This document shows positions 28,178-40,698 of a DNA stretch of 64,000 bases, piece after piece. Each line of letters begins with the position of its first letter. Position 1 is the first letter of the stretch. Below the pieces are notes generated by a model that did not search any database, had not been told where the DNA came from, and worked only from the letters and a program-made list of their open reading frames with translations. Source of the stretch: Gammaproteobacteria bacterium (GTDB lineage: Bacteria; Pseudomonadota; Gammaproteobacteria; Steroidobacterales; Foliamicaceae); NCBI GenBank assembly GCA_028821145.1, contig JAPPHC010000021.1:366-64365 (forward strand), written 5' to 3'. Position numbers and translations under genes: made by a program.

Positions 28178-29337
28178 TCAGGTGGTGCGCAACAGCGCCA
28201 CGATGTCCAGCCTGAGCGCCCGAATGACCGGCGGGAGCACGGCCCCCAGGCTGATCGCCAGCATCAGCGCCAGGCCCAGCGTTATGGAAAAGGCGCCGAT
28301 TTGCAGGCCGGCCGGGAACATGGCCCCCATGGTCCCGGCCACGACCGTCAGGGCGCCCCATCCCAGCAGCATCGCCAGGATTCCCACGGGCAGGACCAGC
28401 AGCAGGCCCTCCAGGACGGTCAGCCGGAAGATGCTCCCGGACGTAAAACCCAGCGTCTTGAGCACGCCCATTTCATGAATCCGCTCGCGCACCGATTGCG
28501 CCATGGTATGGCCGGTCACCAGCAGGATCATGAACACGACCGCGCTCAGGATCAGGGTCACGATCAGCCCGATATTGCCGAACTGCTTCGCGTATTCCTG
28601 GGCAAAGGCCGCCTCGGTCTTGGTCTTGGTTTCGGCCGGCGAATTTTCGAACTCCGCGTCGATCGAGGCCATCACATCCTCTATCGGCATCGAGCCGTCG
28701 CCCTTGGTCACGTACCAGCCGATGGTGCCCTTGCCGAAGGCCCGGGCCTCGTCGAAATAGTCGTAGTGAAACAGCACCACGCCCGCATTCATGCCGGCGT
28801 CGGTGTCGTCGAAAATGCCCTCGATATCGAATTCCCAGACGTTGCTGCCGTTGTTGCGCGTCCAGATGCTGGACCTGAGCGGCACCCGGTCGCCCAACTG
28901 CCAGCCGTACTGGTTCGCCACCGGACGTCCGACTATGGCTCCCATCCGGTTGCCCAGCCAGGCCTGCTTCTGTCCCTCGTCCAGCTTGATTTCGGGATTG
29001 AGCGCCAGGTATTGCTCGGCCTCGACGGGGTACTGGGCAAATTCGGGATTGTCCTGATAGCGGGCCCCGAACCAGGTACCGTGGGAGACGGCCTCGATTC
29101 CGGAAAGACGCGCGATCCGGGACTCGTAGGCGATGGGCAGCATCATGATCAGCGAAACCTTGTGCGACGTCAGTAGCCGTTCCTGGGCCGCCGCGCCGAC
29201 ATCGGACAGGGAGAACGCGATCCGCAGGCCCTCGAGCAGGGTAAAGAGAAAGAACACCACCAGCACGGCCAGCATCGTGAAGACGGTGCGGATCGGCTTG
29301 CGCCAGAGGTTGCGCCAGATCAGCGTGAAGCGGTTCA

Positions 29338-29338
<1 letters not shown>
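28178..29338 (-). CDS. ABC permease, FtsX/MacB family
   Basis: Start MNRFTLIWRNLWRKPIRT; SVRERIHEMGVLKTLGF. Confidence 0.9.
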
Positions 29339-30033
<695 letters not shown>

Positions 30034-30061
30034 GAATCGCGCTCTTGTATTCCGTGCCGGC

Positions 30062-31297
30062 TCAAGGATATTGAATTTCCGCCCCGTCGGATAGCCCCGC
30101 GGGCGGATCGAGGATGACCCTGTCACCCGGCGACAGTCCGGAAAGGACCACCACTCTCCTGCCGTCGCGCTCGCCCGCCGCGACGCTGCGGCGCACGGCC
30201 CGTCCGTCTTCCGCCACGTATACCCAGTGATCGTCCGCCGGTCCCTGCAGGGCCGAAGAGGAGATGCTCAACCGCTCCGGACCGGCCACGGCTGCCGGCG
30301 CCGGTTGTCCCGCCTCGATGAACGATACCTTTGCGCCCATGTCCGGAAGAATGCGCGGGTCGCGCTCGAGAATGCCCACACGCACCCGGACCGTAGCCTT
30401 CTCGCGATTGGCCGCCGGCACGATCGCGATCACCTCCGCCGGAATGCGCCAGGAAGGATAGGCGTCCAGTCGCGCCGTCACCGCACCTCCGGGCCGCACC
30501 CGCTGCAGGTAGGCCTCGTTGACGTCCACCTCGATTTCCAGCGATTCCATGTCCACCAGCGTGCAGATGCCGGTCCGGGTAAATCCGCCGCCCGCGGAGA
30601 CGGGGGAAACCATTTCGCCCGGCTGGGCGTTCTTGTCGATGACCACGCCGGCAAAGGGAGCGCGAATGACCGTTTCGCTGTGCGCCTGCCGCTGCACCGC
30701 CACCGCGCGGTCCGCGACCGTAACGGCCGCGTCGTTCGATTCAAGGCGGGCGCTCAGCCGGTCGCGGGCGGCCGTCGCGGCGTCCAGCTCGGCTTCGCTG
30801 GCCAGTCCCCGCTCGTGCAGTTCCGACAGCCGGGTGTAGGACAGTTCGGCTTCATGAAGCTCGGCGCGGGTCTCGCCCAGCGCGCTGCGCGCCGAGGTCA
30901 GTTGCGCTTCCGCCAGGCGCAGCTGCGCGAGTTCCGCCGCGTCGTCCAGCTCGGCCACCACCTGGCCCTCCTCGACGGTCATGCCTTCTTCCACGAGCAC
31001 CCTGCGGATTCTTCCGGTGCGCTGGGACGAAACGGTGGCGGAGCGCCGCGCGGTCACGTAGCCGCTTGCGTCCAGAACGCTGGCGGCAGCGCCTGCCGAC
31101 GACGAATGCACCGTTTCGACCCGCACTGCCGTCGCGGAGTCGGGCCAGAACCAGGCGGCCAGCAGGGCGAGCGCGCCGGCCACGCAAACCGTGCCGATGG
31201 ACGGCCACAGGAATCGCTTCAGGCGACTTTCCGGGGGCTGCTCATCCCGTGGAATGCGCAGCCCCTCGAGGCTTGGGCGGTCGCCGGTCTCGCTCAT
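30062..31297 (-). CDS. Periplasmic adaptor (membrane fusion protein, MacA-like)
   Basis: TM anchor, SGYVTARR, lipoyl halves around a coiled coil, IRAPFAGVV, PDMG. Confidence 0.92.
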   Translation of the reverse strand: MSETGDRPSLEGLRIPRDEQPPESRLKRFLWPSIGTVCVAGALALLAAWFWPDSATAVRVETVHSSSAGAAASVLDASGYVTARRSATVSSQRTGRIRRVLVEEGMTVEEGQVVAELDDAAELAQLRLAEAQLTSARSALGETRAELHEAELSYTRLSELHERGLASEAELDAATAARDRLSARLESNDAAVTVADRAVAVQRQAHSETVIRAPFAGVVIDKNAQPGEMVSPVSAGGGFTRTGICTLVDMESLEIEVDVNEAYLQRVRPGGAVTARLDAYPSWRIPAEVIAIVPAANREKATVRVRVGILERDPRILPDMGAKVSFIEAGQPAPAAVAGPERLSISSSALQGPADDHWVYVAEDGRAVRRSVAAGERDGRRVVVLSGLSPGDRVILDPPAGLSDGAEIQYP

Positions 31298-32814
31298 TGA
31301 GCGCCGGGTTGGGCGCCGGCTGCCTGAGCCGGTGGGGCACCGGCCGGATCGGCCTCATGCTGCGACAGGACCGTATCCATGGCCTGGAAAAACGCCTCCA
31401 CGATCGGTTCGCCGTAGCGGCCCACCGGCGTGCCGTTGTAGATGACCCGCGTCCCGTCCTGCACGAATTCCCGCACCAGGGGCTCGTTCCAGTCGGGATA
31501 GTCGATGGGATCGTAGCGGCTGTACTCGTCGAAGCCCTCGTAATTGACCATCGCGTGGCCGAAGGCGGTGTCGGTGTTCTCGGCGAAGAACGAGACGGGC
31601 AGGTTCACGATGTAGTCGTAGCCGGCGTTGATGCCGTTCCAGTACGCCTCGTTGGTGGACAGGTAGTCGTCCTCGGGATCGTTGAGCGGATCGGCGAAAT
31701 TCTCCTGGCTCACGACCACCTCGCTGCGGGAAAAGCCGTAACTCTCCAGCGTTTCGCGGACGTCTTTCTTAATCGCTTCGAGATAAGGCGGCCCCAGTTC
31801 CAGCCAGGCCTCGTGCGGAACGTTGTCCCAGGGCATGCCATGGCTCGATATCACCACATTGACGGAATCCGCGGGTGAAAACGTGTCCAGCCGGTCCCTC
31901 AGCATACGGACGTAGGCGGTGCGGAGGACCGGGATGTCGCCGAGCTGGGGAGTGATGATCACCTTGATGTGCTTGCCGTTGCGCTCTTCCCACTCGTGGA
32001 TGTAGTGCATGGCGTGCTTGACGCTGCCGTTGAATTCCTCGTGGTGCGAATAGACCGGCCGCGGGATGGCCAGCAATACCGTGTCCACCCCGGTGTCCAG
32101 CAGCTCGTACATGGCCTTGCGCGCCATGCCGAAGTGTTCGGCGGTCACCCAGGCCCAGGGGATGTCGCCGTACTTTTCGTGCACCCGCTGCATCGCGTCC
32201 TCGGCGAGGAGGCGGCTGCCTTCCTCGTGCGGTACCCGGCCGTCCATGAAACCCTTGCCGGGCGCGTAATAAAACACCCGGCACTTGGTGATCAGCCTGG
32301 CCGCCGAGGTGGACATGCCGGCCTTGCGGCCGGGAAGCAGGAAGAACCCCTGGGACATGTAGGTGGCGGTGGAGGGCGGCGACCAGACGACTTCGCCGGT
32401 CAGGTACTTGTCCGCATAGGGCACGCCGTCGAAGTCCGTATCGCGTCCCATGTGGTCGATCAGCCGCGTGGGCGTGAATTCCTCGAATTCGTAGTAGCGC
32501 TCGGCATCCATTAGCACCACGCCCCGGTCGGCTCCGGCGAAGTTGCGGATCGGCCAGGGAATGTACTGCAGGCTCTTTTTCGACAACACGTAGTAGTCCT
32601 CGAAACGCAGTTCCTCCGGCTGGATGAGGTGCGAGATGAAGATTCCCACGCGGCCCTCGGGCACGGTGTCCTGGGCCTTGTAGTAAGCGAAGTAATTGGG
32701 TTCCGCCAGTTGCGGCGGAGTGCGGTTCATGTACTGAAACACGCCGAAGCCGGCCACCGCGAGCGTGAAAACCGCGATTCCGGCCACGACCAGCACCTTC
32801 AGCAGCTTCCTCAT
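31294..32814 (-). CDS. Membrane-anchored ferrochelatase-fold (class II chelatase-like) protein
   Basis: N-terminal TM; PRPVYS, ISSHGMP and NLPVSFFAENTDT align by eye with HemH PLYPQYS, FSAHGLP and PxxFxxDxxET. Confidence 0.65.
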   Translation of the reverse strand: MRKLLKVLVVAGIAVFTLAVAGFGVFQYMNRTPPQLAEPNYFAYYKAQDTVPEGRVGIFISHLIQPEELRFEDYYVLSKKSLQYIPWPIRNFAGADRGVVLMDAERYYEFEEFTPTRLIDHMGRDTDFDGVPYADKYLTGEVVWSPPSTATYMSQGFFLLPGRKAGMSTSAARLITKCRVFYYAPGKGFMDGRVPHEEGSRLLAEDAMQRVHEKYGDIPWAWVTAEHFGMARKAMYELLDTGVDTVLLAIPRPVYSHHEEFNGSVKHAMHYIHEWEERNGKHIKVIITPQLGDIPVLRTAYVRMLRDRLDTFSPADSVNVVISSHGMPWDNVPHEAWLELGPPYLEAIKKDVRETLESYGFSRSEVVVSQENFADPLNDPEDDYLSTNEAYWNGINAGYDYIVNLPVSFFAENTDTAFGHAMVNYEGFDEYSRYDPIDYPDWNEPLVREFVQDGTRVIYNGTPVGRYGEPIVEAFFQAMDTVLSQHEADPAGAPPAQAAGAQPGAQ

Positions 32815-32817
32815 ATT

Positions 32818-33819
32818 TCAACTCTCCCGCTGTTCGCGAAGTGAATCGTCGCTCTTGGCGAACGGCACGCGGTCCAGCCAGGCGCGCGCGTCAACGGCGG
32901 TTTCGCGCGGCGCTTCCTGTATCGCCATGTGCCCCACGCCGGGATAAATGATAGTCTCAATCGAAGGCGCGCTCTTCAGCAGCCGGGCCAGCTCGCCGGC
33001 CAGTTCCACGTGCACCTGCGGATTGTCCTCGCCCCACTGGATCAGGACGGGCGCCGACACCTGACCGATCAGTTCCTCGATGTTGCCGGAAATGTACTGG
33101 CGCAGGCGTGCCAGTTGCGCCGGGCGCTGTCCTTCCAGCCGCCACAGGTCGTGCCAGCGGTCGACGAGTTCGGGCGAAACCCGGTCCGGATCGCTGAAGC
33201 CGCCCTTCAGCATGAACTCCGGCAGCGCGCGGGGAGTGATCCAGCGAACCAGGGCCGTAACGGGCGACATGCGCGGCGGCGCCTGCCGGCCGCGAACGCC
33301 GGGCTCCAGCGAGCCGGGCGAAATCAGGCCCAGGCCGGCCACCCTGTGGGGGTTGCGGACCGTGTAGTGAATGGCGACGGTGCCGCCCAGCGAAGTCCCG
33401 ACGATCGCGCAGCGCTCCACGCCCAGGCGATCGAGCAGCCGCTCCATCAGGTCCACCGTGCGGGGCAGGCTGTAGTCGCCGGTCGCGTCGGCGCCGGACA
33501 GGCCGTGACTGGTCATGTCGAAGCGAATGACGCGATAGCGGTCCTTGAGCGCGTCCACCCAGGGGTCCCAGCCGATCAGGCTGGCGAAGTTGGCGTGGAT
33601 CAGCACCACCGTCGGGCCCTGGCCCTCGTCGCGGTAGTGGATGCGGGCCCCGTCGATCTCGACATACTGCGAAGCCGGCGTGCCGTAGCGGGCTTCGAGC
33701 GTCTCGGCCGGGATGTCCCGCCAGGTCCAGGCGGCGACGCCAAACCCGATCAGCGCAAGAGCGATCAGCCCGCCGGCGGTCCAGGCGAGCGCCAGAAAAA
33801 TACCGCGCAGTATCCTCAA
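32818..33819 (-). CDS. Alpha/beta hydrolase with N-terminal TM
   Basis: HYRDEG, GTSLGG nucleophile, WGED, GVGHM. Confidence 0.88.
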   Translation of the reverse strand: MRILRGIFLALAWTAGGLIALALIGFGVAAWTWRDIPAETLEARYGTPASQYVEIDGARIHYRDEGQGPTVVLIHANFASLIGWDPWVDALKDRYRVIRFDMTSHGLSGADATGDYSLPRTVDLMERLLDRLGVERCAIVGTSLGGTVAIHYTVRNPHRVAGLGLISPGSLEPGVRGRQAPPRMSPVTALVRWITPRALPEFMLKGGFSDPDRVSPELVDRWHDLWRLEGQRPAQLARLRQYISGNIEELIGQVSAPVLIQWGEDNPQVHVELAGELARLLKSAPSIETIIYPGVGHMAIQEAPRETAVDARAWLDRVPFAKSDDSLREQRES

Positions 33820-34589
33820 AGGGATTGTCCCGGGCGCGGGCCTTCGGCGGCCACCAGCAGCAGCGGTCCCTCGGACACCACCACGCCGCCGCGCTGCTCC
33901 AGCGTCACGGCGAAGGCCACCGGCTCGACCACGTTCAGCTTCGCGTCCACCGGGACAACGATATCGGCATCAGCGGAGGCGTCAAATACGCCGCCGTCCA
34001 CCGGATGCGCATAGCGGTCCGGGACCACGATCCACAACTGGTATTGCTGCGATTCGGGATCGTTGGGCGGCAGCCCGGCGAATCGCATCTCGCCGGCCTG
34101 CAGCGTATCGCTCCAGACGATTTCGCCGCGCACCTCCTCGTAACCGCCGATGTCCGAGCGCCATGGCAGCCTCACGACGTCCGGCGCCGACTGCACCGCC
34201 ATGCCGTCCGGGACGGTCGGCTGGCGCGGCAGCAGCACGGTGCTGACGATCCAGACGATAACCATGGCCGTGGCCGCGGCCCATCCCCAGCGGGCCGGCC
34301 AGTTGGCCCGGCTTGCACGCGGGGGGCTGTCCACGGCGCGGGCGCGGGCCATGCCCAGCAGGCGTTCGCGCAAGTCTTCCGGCATCGGCCGCCAGGCCTC
34401 GCGGTCGGCCGCCAGGAACGCCGCCTGCCCCAGGGCCGCGACTTCGTGCATGGCGTCGCGTTCGCGGATGCGGTCGGCGGCCGGCATTTCGCCCAGCAAT
34501 TGCCGCAACTCGCCGAACTCCGCATCGTCGAGACGCTCCCCGGCGGCCTCGGCCGCGAGCAATTCGCGGATTCTGTCAGCCGGCGTCAT
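33816..34589 (-). CDS. Anti-sigma factor, RskA-like
   Basis: Single TM; C-terminal YQLW...GVF...FAVTLE..GG. Confidence 0.85.
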   Translation of the reverse strand: MTPADRIRELLAAEAAGERLDDAEFGELRQLLGEMPAADRIRERDAMHEVAALGQAAFLAADREAWRPMPEDLRERLLGMARARAVDSPPRASRANWPARWGWAAATAMVIVWIVSTVLLPRQPTVPDGMAVQSAPDVVRLPWRSDIGGYEEVRGEIVWSDTLQAGEMRFAGLPPNDPESQQYQLWIVVPDRYAHPVDGGVFDASADADIVVPVDAKLNVVEPVAFAVTLEQRGGVVVSEGPLLLVAAEGPRPGQSL

Positions 34590-35175
34590 TTTCGGCCTCC
34601 CCGCGCTGCACCTTGAGCGCCGCCCGCAGCCGGATGAGGCTGCGGCGGATACGCGTCTTGACGGTTCCCAAGGGCATATTCAGGCGTTTCGCGATCTCGC
34701 TATGTGAATAGCCTTCGTAAAGGGACAGCGAAAGGATTTCCCTTTCGTTCCCGGACAGCTCGCGCAGCAGCGGTTCGACCCGCATCATTTCGAGCTGCGC
34801 GTCGAGCCGGGCCTGGTCGCTGCTGTTCTGGTCCACCTCGTCGCCCACCAGCGGCACGCCGCCGGAAAAACGGGCCTCGTGGCGGACCTGGTCCACGATC
34901 CGCCGGCGCGCGACCGTGAGCACGAAGGTCAGTTCGCTGCCGCGATCGGGGCGGAACCGCCCGGCGCTGGACCAAAGCGAAAGGAAGGCTTCCTGCACCG
35001 ACTCCTGGGCGATCGGTGAGGCACCGAAGTAGCGCCGCGCCAGCGACCAGACCAGGTCGCCGTACTGGTCCACGAGTTCGGTCATGGCGCCCGGGTCGCC
35101 GTCCGCGATCCGCTCGAGGATCGCGCGCCCGGGCGCAGGCGTAGCGCCGGCCGTTGCCGCCTTGCCCCTGTTCAC
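34576..35175 (-). CDS. ECF sigma factor (SigK-like)
   Basis: QEAFLSLW...RFRPDRGS...ARRRIVD; YEGYSHSEIA..LNMPLGTVKTRIRR; GTG start inferred. Confidence 0.9.
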   Translation of the reverse strand: MNRGKAATAGATPAPGRAILERIADGDPGAMTELVDQYGDLVWSLARRYFGASPIAQESVQEAFLSLWSSAGRFRPDRGSELTFVLTVARRRIVDQVRHEARFSGGVPLVGDEVDQNSSDQARLDAQLEMMRVEPLLRELSGNEREILSLSLYEGYSHSEIAKRLNMPLGTVKTRIRRSLIRLRAALKVQRGEAENDAG

Positions 35176-35194
35176 GCGATCATCCAAGCAGTCG

Positions 35195-35219
35195 TTCGGA
35201 CCCGAGAAAGACCGGATTG
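35195..35219 (-). promoter_or_regulatory. Possible autoregulatory SigK-like promoter
   Basis: Minus strand CAATCC-N14-CCGAA about 20 nt upstream of the GTG; resembles SigK-type ATCC/CGAA elements. Confidence 0.4.
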
Positions 35220-35291
35220 TATTCGCAGCGAGGTCCGGGCGGGTCGGTCTGGCATAGACTGAGGCGAGCGCAGCCTTGAGGGCGGGAAAGC

Positions 35292-37073
<1,782 letters not shown>

Positions 37074-37077
37074 CTCC

Positions 37078-37149
37078 GGAGCGAGGGCGTCTCGCCCTCG
37101 AAATCAGCCAGCGCTTTGTGCACTACCGAGGGCGAGACGCCCTCGCTCC
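37078..37149. repeat. REP doublet (REPIN-like), GGAG type
   Basis: GGAGCGAGGGCGTCTCGCCCTCG (37078-37100) and its exact reverse complement (37127-37149), 26-nt spacer. Confidence 0.85.
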
Positions 37150-37192
37150 AAGCGTGGTATAAACGCGCACTTCAACCAAAGGAGTCGAACTC

Positions 37193-37687
37193 ATGAATTC
37201 AGCACCCCGAATCCGGAACATCGTCAAACGCACCACGCTGATCGTCCGGGACATGGAGAAGAGCCGCCGCTGGTACGAGCACGTGCTGGGGATGAAGGCC
37301 TGGATCGACATGCCCTACACACTTTCGGGCAAGGGCATAGCCGCGGGCAAGAAGGGCGATGTCACGCACCTGGTGATCATGCAGTGCGAAGACCCCAGGA
37401 TCGGAATGATCGGCCTGCTGCAATGGGTGGACCCGCCGCTTCCGGCGCCGGAGATTCCAACCTCGGTTGGGTACGGGACGCCGGTTTTCGTGGTCGATAC
37501 GGAAGACGCGGCGGAGGTTGCGCGCAGGGCCGCCGAGCTGGGCACGCGGGTGCATACGCCGGAGAGGACTTTCAAGGTCACGGGGTCCAAGGGCGAGACG
37601 CGGCATCTGCTGGGGTGCGCGATCTTCGATCCGGACGGCTATTTTTACGAGTGCAACCAGGTGCTGCGTATCGACGATCCCGAGTAG
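37193..37687 (+). CDS. VOC/glyoxalase family protein
   Basis: RTTLIVRDMEKSRRWYEHVLG...FDPDGYFYE; AGGAG ribosome-binding site. Confidence 0.85.
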   Translation: MNSAPRIRNIVKRTTLIVRDMEKSRRWYEHVLGMKAWIDMPYTLSGKGIAAGKKGDVTHLVIMQCEDPRIGMIGLLQWVDPPLPAPEIPTSVGYGTPVFVVDTEDAAEVARRAAELGTRVHTPERTFKVTGSKGETRHLLGCAIFDPDGYFYECNQVLRIDDPE

Positions 37688-37733
37688 CGCGGTTCCCTGT
37701 TCCTCGGGGTCGGGCTGCTAGACTTCGGGCGAG

Positions 37734-38525
37734 ATGATCGAATATCCGCAGTTCGATCCTGTTGCGCTGCGCATCGGGTCGCTGGCGATACGGTGGTACG
37801 GGCTGACGTACCTGTTCGGCTTCGTCGCCGCCTTGTGGCTCGCGCACCGGCAGGCGCGTCGGCCCGGCAGCACGTTCACGCCGGTAATGGTCCAGGACCT
37901 GATCTTCTACTCCTGCCTGGGCGTGATCGCGGGCGGGCGCCTGGGCTACCTCCTCTTCTACGGCTGGCAGCAGATATTCGACGATCCGCTCTATATCGTG
38001 CGGATCTGGGAAGGCGGCATGTCGTTTCACGGCGGGCTGCTGGGCGTGTGCGCCGCCGTTCTCCTGTTCGCCCGCAAGCACTCGAAGACGTTCGTCGAAA
38101 CCGCGGATTTCGTCGTTCCGCTGGTGCCGATCGGCCTGGGCGCCGGGCGTATCGGCAATTTCATCAACGGCGAACTCTGGGGCAAGCCCAGCGACGCGCC
38201 CTGGGCGTTCATCGTGGACGGCGTCGGCCGGCATCCAACGCAGCTGTACGAGGCTTTTCTCGAGGGACTGGTACTGTTCGTCGTGCTTTGGTGGTATACG
38301 GCCCGGCCCCTGCCGTCCGGCGCACGGCGCGACCTGGGACGCGCCACCGGACTGTTCCTGGCCGGCTACGGGATTTTCCGGCTCCTGGTGGAGTTCCTGC
38401 GCGTGCCGGACGCGCACATCGGCTACCTGGCCTTCAACTGGCTGACCATGGGGCAGCTTTTGAGCCTGCCGATGATCGGCTTCGGCCTGTGGCTGCTCGC
38501 CCGGCGGGCGCCACGGCCGGGTTAG
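37734..38525 (+). CDS. lgt: Prolipoprotein diacylglyceryl transferase
   Basis: [40 protein letters not shown]. Confidence 0.97.
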   Translation: MIEYPQFDPVALRIGSLAIRWYGLTYLFGFVAALWLAHRQARRPGSTFTPVMVQDLIFYSCLGVIAGGRLGYLLFYGWQQIFDDPLYIVRIWEGGMSFHGGLLGVCAAVLLFARKHSKTFVETADFVVPLVPIGLGAGRIGNFINGELWGKPSDAPWAFIVDGVGRHPTQLYEAFLEGLVLFVVLWWYTARPLPSGARRDLGRATGLFLAGYGIFRLLVEFLRVPDAHIGYLAFNWLTMGQLLSLPMIGFGLWLLARRAPRPG

Positions 38526-38545
38526 GACCTGCCAGCACCAAGCGC

Positions 38546-39340
38546 ATGCGGCAATACCTCAGTCTTCTCGAGGAGGTACTGGAAACCGGAACCGAGCGCC
38601 GCGACCGCACCGGCACGGGCACCCGGGCGCTGTTCGGGCGGCAGCTTCGCTTCGACCTGGCCGAGGGCTTTCCCATGCTCACCACCAAGAGGCTTCCGCT
38701 GCGGGTGATCGCGGTCGAACTGCTGTGGTTCCTGCGCGGCGGCACCAACGTGCGCTGGCTGCAGGAGCGCGGCGTGAAGATCTGGAACGAGTGGGCCGAC
38801 GAGGACGGCAACCTGGGGCCGGTTTACGGGGCGCAATGGCGGCGCTGGCCGGACGGCAACGGCGGCGCGATCGACCAGGTGGACCAGGCGCTGGAAATGA
38901 TCCGAACCGACCCTCACTCGCGAAGAATCATCATCAACGCCTGGAACGTTGCCGAGATTCCGCGAATGAAACTCCCGCCCTGCCACATGATGCTGCAGCT
39001 GCACGTCAGCGGCGGCAGGCTGTCGGGCCAGCTCTACCAGCGCAGCGCCGACCTGTTCCTGGGCGTTCCCTTCAATATCGCATCGTATGCCCTGCTGCTT
39101 TCCATGATGGCGGACCAGACGGCGCTCAAGCCCGGCGATTTCGTCTGGACCGGCGGCGACTGCCACCTCTACAGCAACCACTACGAACAGGCGCGCGAGC
39201 AACTGTCCCGCGAGCCGCGCCCCCTTCCCGAACTGCAGATCAGGGCGGGACGCAAATCGATCGACGACTACGTGGAAACCGACTTCGAGCTGATCGGCTA
39301 CGATCCGCACCCCCATATTCCGGCGCCGATTTCGGTATGA
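38546..39340 (+). CDS. thyA: Thymidylate synthase
   Basis: [41 protein letters not shown]. Confidence 0.97.
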   Translation: MRQYLSLLEEVLETGTERRDRTGTGTRALFGRQLRFDLAEGFPMLTTKRLPLRVIAVELLWFLRGGTNVRWLQERGVKIWNEWADEDGNLGPVYGAQWRRWPDGNGGAIDQVDQALEMIRTDPHSRRIIINAWNVAEIPRMKLPPCHMMLQLHVSGGRLSGQLYQRSADLFLGVPFNIASYALLLSMMADQTALKPGDFVWTGGDCHLYSNHYEQAREQLSREPRPLPELQIRAGRKSIDDYVETDFELIGYDPHPHIPAPISV

Positions 39341-39363
39341 AGTACATCAGACAGGAGAAATAC

Positions 39364-40314
39364 ATGAGCAACAAGCCAGACCCCGCGAACCAGTCCGGCC
39401 TCGACAGGCGCACGGTCCTGAAGGGCCTGGGCGCGGGCGCGCTGGGAGCGTCGGCGCTTTCCGGATGCGCGGCCGAGCAAGGCGCGCCGCGCGAACCGCT
39501 GGACCTCAACGATCCCGTTTCGCGCTTTCGCGCGCGGGTCAAGGTGTTCGGTTCACTGGCCGAGGAAACGGTGCACCGCGTCTCGCGCGGTCACGTCTGG
39601 GGCTATGTCCACGAGGGCAACCTCGAGCCGCTGTTCAGCATGATCAACTACAACGTGACCCGCTGGCGGCAGGCGGAAGAGCACAAGTTTGTGGCCACGA
39701 TGAACGAAACGGCGCTCTTTACCCGCTTCGACACGGACGAGGTGATCGACCACTGGGACAACATCTACACCGGGGAAACGGTCGAAGTCCAGCACTACTT
39801 CACCGGGCCGATCACCGTCGAGAACACGCTGGAGGGAACGATCACCGACGAAACCGCAACGATGAAGCCGAAGAACATGGAATGGTGGACGGTGGGCGGC
39901 AGGCTGTTCATTCCGATTCGCTCGCAATTCCGGTTTCCCAACCCGCTGCGTCCGGAAGTCTGGCCCAAGGCCTCCGTGGGGCCCATCTTTCACTGGGACT
40001 CGTTCATGTTCCTGATGGCGGAACTCGCCGACGTCGAGAACCCGGAACTGGCCAGGGCGCCGGCGATCAGCCACTATCAGGAAACCCTGAACTGGAACCA
40101 CTGGATGCTCATGGGACAGCGGCCCGGGCGCCAGCTCTCCCGTGGCTACGGCTGCAAGCTGGACAGTCTCGAGGAGATGCCCGCCAAGCTGCGCGCCACG
40201 CTGGAGGAACACGCGCCGGAAATGTTCGATCTCGAGAACTGGACCGAAGTGAGGGACGACATGAAGGAATTCATCAAGAACCGGACGCCCGCGTCGGTCG
40301 AGCCGGAAGAATGA
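39364..40314 (+). CDS. DUF1838-like Tat lipoprotein
   Basis: CAGGAG RBS; DRRTVLK Tat motif and LSGC lipobox; WDNIYTGETVEV and WMLMGQRPG resemble DUF1838. Confidence 0.65.
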   Translation: MSNKPDPANQSGLDRRTVLKGLGAGALGASALSGCAAEQGAPREPLDLNDPVSRFRARVKVFGSLAEETVHRVSRGHVWGYVHEGNLEPLFSMINYNVTRWRQAEEHKFVATMNETALFTRFDTDEVIDHWDNIYTGETVEVQHYFTGPITVENTLEGTITDETATMKPKNMEWWTVGGRLFIPIRSQFRFPNPLRPEVWPKASVGPIFHWDSFMFLMAELADVENPELARAPAISHYQETLNWNHWMLMGQRPGRQLSRGYGCKLDSLEEMPAKLRATLEEHAPEMFDLENWTEVRDDMKEFIKNRTPASVEPEE

Positions 40315-40682
40315 TCTCGGGCGACGACATTCTCGTCGAGGTGGAGCCGGCCTACCTGGGGCAGGATTCGCAGGGCGACCGCTACGTATTCAGCTACACG
40401 ATCACGATTTCCAATCGAGGCGGAGAGCCCGCCCGGCTGCTGACGCGGCACTGGATCATCACCGACGGCAACGGGCACGTCGAGGAGGTGTTCGGGGACG
40501 GCGTAGTGGGCGAGCAGCCCCGGCTGCTCCCGGGCGAAAGCCACAGCTACACCAGCGGCGCAATCATCGATACGCCGTTCGGGACAATGCAGGGGAGCTA
40601 CGGCATGGTCACGGACGGCGGCCAGGACTTCAAGGCGCCGATCCCGGTCTTCCGCCTTCAGACCCCCGGCGTCCTGCACTGA
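40311..40682 (+). CDS. apaG: ApaG
   Basis: YVFSYTITI, LLTRHWIITDGNG, GVVGEQP, YTSG. Confidence 0.96.
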   Translation: MISGDDILVEVEPAYLGQDSQGDRYVFSYTITISNRGGEPARLLTRHWIITDGNGHVEEVFGDGVVGEQPRLLPGESHSYTSGAIIDTPFGTMQGSYGMVTDGGQDFKAPIPVFRLQTPGVLH

Positions 40683-40698
40683 TCCGGTAGCCCCACCG

